Assembly: GCA_046732715.1 (NCBI GenBank)
Contig: JBKPNQ010000131.1
Location: 1,692-65,691, forward strand
Origin: Acidobacteriota bacterium
Lineage (GTDB): Bacteria > Acidobacteriota > Vicinamibacteria > Vicinamibacterales > 2-12-FULL-66-21
Length of the DNA stretch: 64,000 bases
Reading direction: 5' to 3'
A program made the translations under genes and the position numbers. This document shows positions 9,337 to 17,763 of this stretch, piece by piece; within the stretch, counting starts at the first letter, position 1, and each line of letters opens with the position of its first letter. Below the pieces are notes generated by a model that did not search any database, had not been told where the DNA came from, and was given only the letters and a program-made list of their open reading frames with translations.

Positions 9337-10731
9337 TTATCCGTGTTTCGGCGTGTGCACTAGATCGGCAGCAAATGGCTGAACCGACATGCGTCCATAG
9401 GGTGCGTGGTTCGCACTCTTCGAATGCAAGGTTCGCACGATCAGCAAAGCCAGCAGCGGTATCGCGATCGCATAGGCGTATTGCGCGAGCGTTACGCCGA
9501 TGCCGAACGGAAACCAGATGTCCGTCAAGCCAATCGAGCGTAGCTCGCCGGCAAAGTGCGCGACCATGATCGATGCCATCGTGGCGATCGCCATGTTGCG
9601 CATCGGCCCATCGCGAACGATCCGCACGATAATCAGCGCCAGCAACGCGAGTAGTCCGAGCCGACAGATACGGGTCATTACCATGACGTTCATCGCACCA
9701 CCCGCGACCCCGACCACGCCCAGCATCAAGGTTGCGCCGTCGATGGCCCGCGAGGTCCGCAGACACCAGCGGTTCCAGGCGAGCGTCCAGGCCGTAAGGC
9801 TAAGGGGCGTCCAGAGTACGTTTGTCAACCACACGTAAGTGGGTAGACTCATCAGATCGGTCCACGAAGCAATCGCGTTGTCGAGGCGCTTCGCCGACCA
9901 AAGCACGAGCGCGACGCAGGCAAACGGGATGAAGCGCGGGTGGCTGCTGCGGGGCCGAACCGCAAGTGCCAGACCAACGAGCGCGAACATGGCAAGCGGC
10001 TCGATCAGCTCGACGATATAGCCCGCGATCGTACGCCACCATTCGACGCGGTAGAGCGCGTGGCTCTCCGGGCGCGGCGCCAGCGTCGGCGCGACGTGGA
10101 TGCCGCCCCCAGTGTCACCTCCACCGTAGCCCGGTTGCATGAACACGCGGATGGCGAGCACCGCACGGGTACCCGCCGCATCGGCGGGAAGCGCGAAAAT
10201 CATCGGCCGCGTGCCGACGATTCTGGGGGATGCGCCAAGGCGGCCCGATCCGCCGAGCAGCACGCCGTTCCAATACAGCTCGTAGCCGTGGTCGACGGCC
10301 GTCGGTCCCAGAACATCCCAGGCATGGTTTCCGGCCGGCACCGTCACCGTGCGTCGATACCAGGCATACCCGTAATAACCGGGGTGGCCGTGCGCCATCC
10401 ATCCGGCGGCGTAGTTCGGCAAACCGACGTCCCCATCATTGCTGCTTGCCGGTGCGGTCAGGTCCATCGTTTCCCAGCCACTGTCGTCCGCATCCGCGCT
10501 GGCCCAGTGCGGGTCGTCGCCGATGTGGAATCGCCATGCGCCATCGAGCAATGGGGCCACGGCACGTAATGCAGATGGGTCGGGTTGGCCACCGATCGCC
10601 AAGACCGCGATCACGCCGCCGAGCGCAATCAAGGTCGCGATGACGATCCAGACCTCGAGAGTCCGCCGTGGTGAATTGAGCGGCGTGCCAAGAGAGGACA
10701 CAGGTTCACCGGATGGTGTTGCGCTTCTCAT
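9337..10731 (-). CDS. Polytopic membrane protein with an N-terminal extracytoplasmic beta-sandwich-like domain (7TM-DISM-like receptor module, no output domain)
   Basis: 464 aa. TM anchor VWIVIATLIALGGVIAVLAIGG, then a ~200-aa soluble region (WRFHIGDDPHWASADADDSGWETMDL...YYGYAWYRRTVTVP...YELYWNGVLLG) that resembles the sugar-binding-like sensor domain of 7TM-DISM proteins. About 7 hydrophobic helices follow to the C-terminus. Confidence 0.8.
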   Translation of the reverse strand: MRSATPSGEPVSSLGTPLNSPRRTLEVWIVIATLIALGGVIAVLAIGGQPDPSALRAVAPLLDGAWRFHIGDDPHWASADADDSGWETMDLTAPASSNDGDVGLPNYAAGWMAHGHPGYYGYAWYRRTVTVPAGNHAWDVLGPTAVDHGYELYWNGVLLGGSGRLGASPRIVGTRPMIFALPADAAGTRAVLAIRVFMQPGYGGGDTGGGIHVAPTLAPRPESHALYRVEWWRTIAGYIVELIEPLAMFALVGLALAVRPRSSHPRFIPFACVALVLWSAKRLDNAIASWTDLMSLPTYVWLTNVLWTPLSLTAWTLAWNRWCLRTSRAIDGATLMLGVVGVAGGAMNVMVMTRICRLGLLALLALIIVRIVRDGPMRNMAIATMASIMVAHFAGELRSIGLTDIWFPFGIGVTLAQYAYAIAIPLLALLIVRTLHSKSANHAPYGRMSVQPFAADLVHTPKHG

Positions 10732-10769
10732 CTACCACTCTCTCGATTGACCCCGATTGTGGTGACCAT

Positions 10770-11345
10770 CTAAATCTGTTTAGATGGTAACGCACACACC
10801 ATTCGATAAAACGCTTCTTGCGACGACCTCGTCTGGGTCAAGTCGACAGGCTGAAGCCTCACGTGGTCGTTGGGCCCTCCGGCATTCCCGAGGACGCCTG
10901 CCGACGTCTTCGTCGCGGCATATACTGCTGGCGCGAAGCCCGCCGCAACGCCGCATCCGATCGAGACTCGAAGCGCCATTGCCAGCACACGTATATCGAG
11001 TGGGACCATTCAGCCCGATCGCGCGGCGACAGCGGGCAGAAGCAGCGCGGCGACGAACTGGTTGAGCCATACGGCCAGCGCGACGCCCAGTGCGGTACCA
11101 CCGGCCGCGAGCAGAATCGCCTCGGTGAGCTGCAGCAGGAGCAACCGCTCTCGATCAGCGCCGAGCGCCAGCCGCACGGCGTATTCGCGCTGACGGCCGA
11201 CGCTGTGTCCCGAGCCCCTCGACGAACCTGGCCCGCACACGCTCGAGTTCCCGATTCTCTTTGGGATGATTCGCAGCCAGCGCGCGCACGAGTGCATCGA
11301 GCTCCGCCTGCGCCATCGCGAACGACGCACCGGGAGCCAGACGGA
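10770..11345 (-). pseudogene. Remnant of an ADOP/FtsX-type permease (internally deleted and frameshifted)
   Basis: Three minus-strand frames carry family pieces. These are IVRLAPGASFAMAQAELDALVRALAANHPKENRE (periplasmic-domain motif), GRQREYAVRLALGADRERLLLLQLTEAILLAAGGTALGVALAVW (FtsX loop/TM) and LDIRVLAMALRVSIGCGVAAGFAPAVYAATK. The total is under 200 codons versus about 900 in intact copies. Confidence 0.6.
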
Positions 11346-11415
11346 CGATGAGTCTCGATCAGCTTGCCGATGTCGTACCCGGCCTCAGGGACGCGTCTAT
11401 CGTGAACGAGACCGG

Positions 11416-13374
11416 ATGGTGTCTCCCAAACCATACCAGTACAATCTCCCTGTCGTGACCGAGCCGAGCTACCGATTCGGACCCTTCGTGGTCGATCGCA
11501 TCCGCTACAGGGTGCTGCGCGACGACCGGAGCCTGGAAATAACCCCGAAACTGCTTGACCTGCTACTGCATCTGCTCGATCACGCCGGCGAGTTAGTGAC
11601 GAAGGAGCAACTGCTCGACGCGCTATGGCCGGACGCCAACGTCACCGACAACGCCCTCGCCCAGGCGGTGTCAGAGCTGCGGGACGCGCTCGGCGATGAA
11701 CCCGGTACGCCGCAGTTCATCAAGACCGTCGCGCGTCGAGGTTACCGCTTCATCGCGCCTATCGAGCGCCTCGAGAAGCCGGCGCATCCGCACACGCCGT
11801 CCGTTGCAGCCACACAATCCGACGATCAGTCGATTGCGGTGTTGGATTTCATGAACGTCACTGGCGATCCGAGCGCGGCCTGGCTGGCGGCCGGCATCGC
11901 CGAAACGGTCACCGCCGATCTGCGGGGGATGGGGCGGTTTCGTGTGGTCGACCGCGGCCGGGTGATCGACGCGAGCCGCCGCCTGAGTGGATCGCTGCAC
12001 GAGATATCGTCCCATCTTGGTATTACCTTCGCCGTCGTCGGCAGCTACCAGATGAGCGCCGATCGGATCCGCATTACGGCGCGCATCGTCAACGTCAACA
12101 GCGGCGAGGCCTTAGCGGACGCGAAAGTCGACGGTCCGATTGCCGAGATCTTCGAGCTGCAGGATCAGGTCGTCTCGCAGTTTTCAACCGAGCTCGGTCT
12201 GAGTCCGATTGGTGCCCCCAGCATCGGCCCGGCGCGCGAGACGCCGAGCCTCGAGGCGTACCGCGCGTACACCGAAGCGTGGCTCCATCTCGAGAGTCTG
12301 GACCTGCATGAGATCCCGCACGCCATCGCCGGATTCGAGCGAGCGATCACGGTCGACCCGCGCTACGCGCTCGCTTTCACCGGTCTGGCCAGCGCGCAAC
12401 TCGCGGCGTATGAAGCGACGCGATCGGACACTGTTCCGGTGAGTCAGTTGCTGCAAGACGCGATCGAGCACGCGCGACGCGCCGTCGCACTCGATGACGC
12501 GCTCGCGGAAGCGCATGCGACGCTCGCTTTGGTGCTGGTCAGCGCGTGGCAGACGGTCGAAGCCGTGGAGGTCGCGCGTCGAGCGGTGGCGATAGAGCCG
12601 ACCAACTGGCGGCACTTGTTCAGGCTTGGCCACGCCGCGTGGGGCGACGAGCGGCTCCGGGCCGCGAATGGCACGCTGGCGTTGTATCCAGATTTCGCGT
12701 TCGCACATTTCCAGAAGGCGATGGTTCACGTCGCGCGCGGCCACTTGCACGACGCGGAGACCGTGCTGCACCAGGGAGCGGCCGTGCAGGACCGACAGGT
12801 GGCCCGTGGCGACCGGTATCCCGCGCTCGGGCTGCACTGGCTGCTCGGTCTCGTTCGACTCGCGCAGGGCGACGTGGACGAAGCGCTCCAGGAGTTCGCG
12901 CGAGAGGAGCAGCGGGCGGATCCGCACCGGCTCTACGGACGCGAGTACGAGATGAGCGCTATGCACGCACGCGGTGCGTGTCTGCTGCACCTGGCACGCC
13001 ACGACGAGGCGATCGCGTGTTTCGAACGGGCGCTCGGGTTGTACCCGGAGCACGCACAATCGCACATCGGCATCGCGGTCGCCCTCCGCGCGGCCGGCTC
13101 CATCGATCGGGCCGACACGACGTTTCGGAAGGCGGCAGCGATCGCAGCGCGCCTCAGCGGATCGCGTCCGATCGAGGCTGCGCTCGTGGAGAGTCTGATG
13201 CTGACCGCGTCGAACCAGCTGGAGGCCGCCGGTGCAACGCTGTGCAAGCTGCTCGAATCGGCGCCGCCTGGCTTCGCGGCGTGGACACTGCCGGTCGAGC
13301 CGTTGTTCCCGCAACAGTATAGGTCAGAACCATTTACGACCGCGCGTCGCCGACTCGCCGAGCGGGCACGCTAG
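11416..13374 (+). CDS. CadC/OmpR-type winged-helix DNA-binding protein with TolB-N-like and TPR-like C-terminal regions
   Basis: ATG 11416. YRFGPFVVDRIRYRVLRDDRSLEITPKLLDLLLHLLDHAGELVTKEQLLDALWPDANVTDNALAQAVSELRDALGD...FIKTVARRGYRFIA is a trans_reg_C domain. It is followed by IAVLDFMNVTGD... and long alpha-helical repeats. Confidence 0.9.
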   Translation: MVSPKPYQYNLPVVTEPSYRFGPFVVDRIRYRVLRDDRSLEITPKLLDLLLHLLDHAGELVTKEQLLDALWPDANVTDNALAQAVSELRDALGDEPGTPQFIKTVARRGYRFIAPIERLEKPAHPHTPSVAATQSDDQSIAVLDFMNVTGDPSAAWLAAGIAETVTADLRGMGRFRVVDRGRVIDASRRLSGSLHEISSHLGITFAVVGSYQMSADRIRITARIVNVNSGEALADAKVDGPIAEIFELQDQVVSQFSTELGLSPIGAPSIGPARETPSLEAYRAYTEAWLHLESLDLHEIPHAIAGFERAITVDPRYALAFTGLASAQLAAYEATRSDTVPVSQLLQDAIEHARRAVALDDALAEAHATLALVLVSAWQTVEAVEVARRAVAIEPTNWRHLFRLGHAAWGDERLRAANGTLALYPDFAFAHFQKAMVHVARGHLHDAETVLHQGAAVQDRQVARGDRYPALGLHWLLGLVRLAQGDVDEALQEFAREEQRADPHRLYGREYEMSAMHARGACLLHLARHDEAIACFERALGLYPEHAQSHIGIAVALRAAGSIDRADTTFRKAAAIAARLSGSRPIEAALVESLMLTASNQLEAAGATLCKLLESAPPGFAAWTLPVEPLFPQQYRSEPFTTARRRLAERAR

Positions 13375-13460
13375 CAGCCGATAACCCGCTCAACGTTTCT
13401 CAGCGTTTCTGAACTCGTGCTCAGGACACCGTCTGTGTCGCCGCCCTATCGTGTTCGCAT

Positions 13461-16400
13461 ATGGCACCGCACACCTACCGCAACACGCTGAAGCAACGGG
13501 GACTGCAGCCGTTTCTGTGGACGCAGTTCCTGGGCGCCTTCAACGACAACCTGTTCAAGATCGTCGTCTCGATGCTGGCGGTGCACATGGTCGCCGCCGC
13601 GCGCGCGGGACGGGAGCTGTCGATCGTCAGCGCAGTGTTCATCTTGCCGTTCCTGCTGTTTTCCGGCTACGCCGGTCAGCTCGCCGACGTCTACAGCAAG
13701 CGCACTGTGCTCGTCGTCTCCAAATCGCTCGAGATCGTCGCGGCAGGCCTCGGCTTCGTAGCGTTCGCCTTCGGACATCTGCAGCTGACGTATGCGGTCT
13801 TGTTTCTGATCGCGCTGCAGGCGACGTTCTTCAGTCCGGCGAAATACGGCATCCTGCCGGAGATGCTGCCGGACCGCGACCTGTCGCGCGCCAACGGCGT
13901 CCTCGAGATGAGCACGTTCGTCGCGATCGTGCTCGGCACGGCGGTGGGTGGATACCTGTTCGAGGCCTGGCGCGCACATCTGTGGGCCGTCGGCCTGGTC
14001 GTCGTCGCTGTTGCGATCGTCGGCACCGCCTCGAGTTTCGGGATCCCGCGCGTTCCAGCCGCGGCGCCGACTCAACGAATCAACAGGAATCCGTGGGGAG
14101 AAATCTGGGCCGGCATCTCGACGCTTCGGCGCGACCGGGTGCTCTGGCTAACGGTGCTCGGCATTTCGTACTTCTGGTTCCTTGGATCGCTGCTCCAGCT
14201 CGTCGTGATCCTGTTCGGGACCGACGTCATGGCCCTCAGCGATACGTGGGTCGGCGTCCTTACGGCGTTCGCGGCGATCGGCATCGGGATCGGCAGTCTC
14301 GCCGCCGGCCGGTTGTCGGGTGACAAGGTCGAGCTTGGCTTGGCGCCGATTGGTGCGATAGGCATGGGCGTGTTCGCGATTGCCCTCGCGCGCTCGGGCC
14401 ACTCGTTCACGCTCGCGGCCGTCAACCTGACGCTTGTCGGCTTCTTCGGCGGCTGCTTCGCCGTGCCGCTCAACGCGCTCCTTCAGCAGCGCAGCGGCGG
14501 CGACGAAAAGGGCCGGCTGATGGCGACCAACAACTTCCTGAACATGGTCGCGATCATGGTCGCGTCTGGGGCGCTCTCGATTCTGAGCGATCGATTCCGG
14601 CTTGCCCCCGATCGCATCCTGCTGGTGTTCGGCGCGCTGACGCTGCTGTCGAGCGTGTACGTGCTGAGCATCGTCCCGGAATTCCTCGTGCGCTTCAGCC
14701 TGTGGCTGCTGACGCACACCATCTACCGCATCCGCATCGTCGGCCAGGAGCACGTGCCGTTTCGAGGACCGGCGCTGCTCGTCTGCAATCACCTGTCTCA
14801 TGTCGACGGCGCGCTGGTCGGCTCCTGTGTCCAGCGCTTCGTTCGATTCCTGGTCTACGGGCCGTACTACGACCACTGGGCGCTCCATCACTTGCTGAAG
14901 CTGATGAAGTCGATCCCGATCGGCGCGGGCCGCGAGGCGCTGATGGCGATCGAACAGGCGAAACGCGAACTCCAGAATGGCCACGTCGTCTGCATCTTCG
15001 CAGAAGGATCGATCAGCCGAACCGGCAATATGTTGCCGTTCAAGCGCGGCTTCGAGCGGATCGTCGATGGCCTGGACGTGCCGATCGTCCCTGTCTATCT
15101 CGATCGCGTCTGGGGCAGTATCTTCAGCTTCAAGGGCGGACGCTTCTTCTGGAAGTGGCCGGTGCGCGTGCCCTACCCGGTGACCGTTGCGTTCGGCTGT
15201 CCGCTTCCCGCGAGCGCTACCGCCGCCGAAGTACGACTTGCGCTACAAACGCTCGGCTGCGACGTGGCGATGCACCGGCGGCCGGCTGACGAGTCGCTCG
15301 GGCGCCAGTTCGTGCGAACGGCGAAGCATCAGTGGCGGTCGTTCGGGATGGCGGATGCCACTACCAAGCCGATGACGTTCGGCCGCGTGCTGGTCGTCTC
15401 GCTCCTGCTCTCGCGATGGGTGCGGCGACGCCTCGGGCACGACACGAACGTCGGGGTGCTGCTGCCGGCATCGGTCGGCGGGGCGCTGGCGAACATCGCG
15501 GTGTCGCTCGCCGGCAAGGTGCCGGTCAACCTCAACTTCACCGCAGGACGCGATTCGATGGCCGTCGCCGTCGACACGTGTGGCCTCAAGGCGATTCTCA
15601 GCTCGAAACGGTTCCTGTCGAAGGCTGGCATCGAGCCGCTCGAAGGGACCATTTATCTCGAAGACGTCATGGCGGAGATCGGCCGGTTCGCCCGGTTACG
15701 TACGTTCGTAATCGCACGGCTGCTGCCGTCGTGGGTGCTCAACCGGCTGTACCTCGAGCGGATCGACGGCGACGCGCTCGCGACGGTGATCTTCTCCAGC
15801 GGCAGCACCGGGACGCCGAAGGGCGTGATGCTCGCACATCGCAACATCCTCGCGAACGTCGATGCGATTGGGCAAATCTACGAGCTGACGTCAGACGATG
15901 TGATGGTCGGCGTGCTGCCGTTCTTCCACTCGTTCGGCTTCACCGGAACCGTGTGGTTCCCGGCGATCAGCGGCTTCGGCGTTGTTTACCATCCCAATCC
16001 GATGGACGCGAAGACGATCGGCGAGCTCGCGGCGCAGTACAAAGCGACGCTGATCATCAGCACGCCAACATTCTGCTCCTCGTACATCCGCAAATGCGAA
16101 CCGGAGCAGTTCAAGCACCTCCGCTACGCGATCGTCGGCGCCGAGCGGCTACGCGAATCGATCGCGACGGCGTTCAAGGCGAAATTTGGCATCGATCTGC
16201 TCGAAGGGTACGGCTGCACAGAGATGGCGCCGGTCGTCGCGGTCAACGTGCCGGATGTCGAGGATGGACACGAACGCCAGCGAGGCACGCTCGTCGGTTC
16301 GGTCGGTCATCCGCTGCCGGGCGTTGCGGCCAAGATCGTCGATTCCGTCACCGGCGAAGGTCCGCTGTTTGGCCGCGAAGGTCTGCTTCTCGTCAAGGGA

Positions 16401-16859
16401 CCGAACCGGATGATCGGCTATCTCTCCGATCCTGAGAAGACGTCGGACGTGATCCGCGACGGCTGGTACGTCACCGGCGATATCGCGATGATCGACGACG
16501 CGGGTTTCGTTCAGATCACCGATCGGTTGTCACGCTTCAGCAAGATCGCCGGCGAAATGGTGCCACACATACGGGTCGAGGAACAGTTGCAGGCGATTGT
16601 CAGCGATCAGTGCACGGCGGTGGTGACCGGAGTACCTGACTCGACAAAGGGGGAACGCCTGGTTGCGTTCTACACCGATCCCGATCTGTCGCCGCAGGAG
16701 ATCTGGGAGCGTCTCTGTCAGACCGATCTTCCGCGTCTCTGGTTGCCCAAGCGCGACGACCTTCAGTTCGCGCTGTCGATTCCGACACTCGGGACCGGCA
16801 AGGTCGACCTGCGCGCCGTTCGTCAACTCGCGCTCGCGCACATCGGATCCGCCGTTTAG
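13461..16859 (+). CDS. aas: Triple-fusion lysophospholipid transporter (MFS, LplT-like) + PlsC-type acyltransferase + acyl-ACP synthetase (Aas-like)
   Basis: 1132 aa. The N-terminal ~400 aa are MFS-like with about 12 helices. The acyltransferase HX4D motif is CNHLSHVDG, with FAEGSISRTG downstream. The AMP-binding motif is IFSSGSTGTPKGVMLAHRN, with later GYGCTEM and GWYVTGD. Confidence 0.9.
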   Translation: MAPHTYRNTLKQRGLQPFLWTQFLGAFNDNLFKIVVSMLAVHMVAAARAGRELSIVSAVFILPFLLFSGYAGQLADVYSKRTVLVVSKSLEIVAAGLGFVAFAFGHLQLTYAVLFLIALQATFFSPAKYGILPEMLPDRDLSRANGVLEMSTFVAIVLGTAVGGYLFEAWRAHLWAVGLVVVAVAIVGTASSFGIPRVPAAAPTQRINRNPWGEIWAGISTLRRDRVLWLTVLGISYFWFLGSLLQLVVILFGTDVMALSDTWVGVLTAFAAIGIGIGSLAAGRLSGDKVELGLAPIGAIGMGVFAIALARSGHSFTLAAVNLTLVGFFGGCFAVPLNALLQQRSGGDEKGRLMATNNFLNMVAIMVASGALSILSDRFRLAPDRILLVFGALTLLSSVYVLSIVPEFLVRFSLWLLTHTIYRIRIVGQEHVPFRGPALLVCNHLSHVDGALVGSCVQRFVRFLVYGPYYDHWALHHLLKLMKSIPIGAGREALMAIEQAKRELQNGHVVCIFAEGSISRTGNMLPFKRGFERIVDGLDVPIVPVYLDRVWGSIFSFKGGRFFWKWPVRVPYPVTVAFGCPLPASATAAEVRLALQTLGCDVAMHRRPADESLGRQFVRTAKHQWRSFGMADATTKPMTFGRVLVVSLLLSRWVRRRLGHDTNVGVLLPASVGGALANIAVSLAGKVPVNLNFTAGRDSMAVAVDTCGLKAILSSKRFLSKAGIEPLEGTIYLEDVMAEIGRFARLRTFVIARLLPSWVLNRLYLERIDGDALATVIFSSGSTGTPKGVMLAHRNILANVDAIGQIYELTSDDVMVGVLPFFHSFGFTGTVWFPAISGFGVVYHPNPMDAKTIGELAAQYKATLIISTPTFCSSYIRKCEPEQFKHLRYAIVGAERLRESIATAFKAKFGIDLLEGYGCTEMAPVVAVNVPDVEDGHERQRGTLVGSVGHPLPGVAAKIVDSVTGEGPLFGREGLLLVKGPNRMIGYLSDPEKTSDVIRDGWYVTGDIAMIDDAGFVQITDRLSRFSKIAGEMVPHIRVEEQLQAIVSDQCTAVVTGVPDSTKGERLVAFYTDPDLSPQEIWERLCQTDLPRLWLPKRDDLQFALSIPTLGTGKVDLRAVRQLALAHIGSAV

Positions 16860-16875
16860 CCACGGAGCATCGTCA

Positions 16876-17622
16876 ATGAAACGCGTCCTTCTGGGCCTTG
16901 TTGTGGTCGGCGTGTGCGCGACGGCGGCGACGATGCCGCGGATCCCCCAAGATCCCGCATACCATCGTCTAGCCGATCAGCGGGCCTTCGCCGGCATCCC
17001 GAACATGTTTGATGTGATGTCGAACGTGCCGTTCTTGATTGTCGGCGGCCTAGGACTGTTGACTCTTGTCGATCGCAAGCGTGCCCCATTCGTGGCGGCG
17101 GCGCGACCGCCGTGGCAGGTCTTCTTCGCGGCAGCCGCCGCGACGACGGCCGGATCGATCTACTATCATCTGCTCCCAAACAACGCTCGAGTCGTTTGGG
17201 ATCGATTGCCGATCGCGGTGGCGTTCGCGAGCCTTTTGACGGCGGTCATCACCGAGCGCGTTGACGCCGGTGTCGGCCGTCGCGTCTTTGTACCGCTGCT
17301 GCTTGCCGCCGTCGCCAGCGTGACGTTCTGGTACTGGTCAGAGACGATGGAGCGCGGCGATTTGCGGCCGTACGTCGCAGTCCAATTCGGATCGCTGCTG
17401 ATCCTTGTCGCGATCCTCGCGCTGTATCGCGAGCCCCGCTCGGAACTCCGCTATCTCATCGCCGGCTTGGCCGCATACGGCATCGCGAAGCTCTGCGAGC
17501 TGTTCGACGGACAGATCTATGCACTCACCCACGTCGTCAGCGGACACACGCTGAAGCACCTGGCAGCCGCGGCCGGCGTCGGCTGTGTCGTGGCGATGCT
17601 TCGCATGCGGAGGACGCAATGA
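16876..17622 (+). CDS. Alkaline-ceramidase-like integral membrane protein
   Basis: ATG 16876, 17 nt after the aas stop. PAYHRLADQRAFAGIPNMFDVMSNVPFLIVG, SIYYHLLPNNARVVWDRLPIA, GDLRPYVAVQ and SGHTLKHLAAA match the bacterial ceramidase-domain family as I remember it. About 6-7 TM helices. Confidence 0.7.
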   Translation: MKRVLLGLVVVGVCATAATMPRIPQDPAYHRLADQRAFAGIPNMFDVMSNVPFLIVGGLGLLTLVDRKRAPFVAAARPPWQVFFAAAAATTAGSIYYHLLPNNARVVWDRLPIAVAFASLLTAVITERVDAGVGRRVFVPLLLAAVASVTFWYWSETMERGDLRPYVAVQFGSLLILVAILALYREPRSELRYLIAGLAAYGIAKLCELFDGQIYALTHVVSGHTLKHLAAAAGVGCVVAMLRMRRTQ

Positions 17623-17763
17623 CTCTTGGTCGCTCTGTTCGCTACGGCAGTCCTGACGTTTCGTCTCTGGACCCCGCTTAGAGGGGATAGAAACGGCGAT
17701 CGCCGCGCTGACGGATCGCCTGCGTCGGGCGACCTTTCGCTGGGCCGGAATCAACCAGGCCAC

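Noticed and set aside
12184-13314. 376-codon minus ORF and 258-codon plus ORF overlapping the CadC/TPR gene
   Set aside because: Shadow frames. Only the 11416..13374 frame shows a winged-helix domain and helical repeats.
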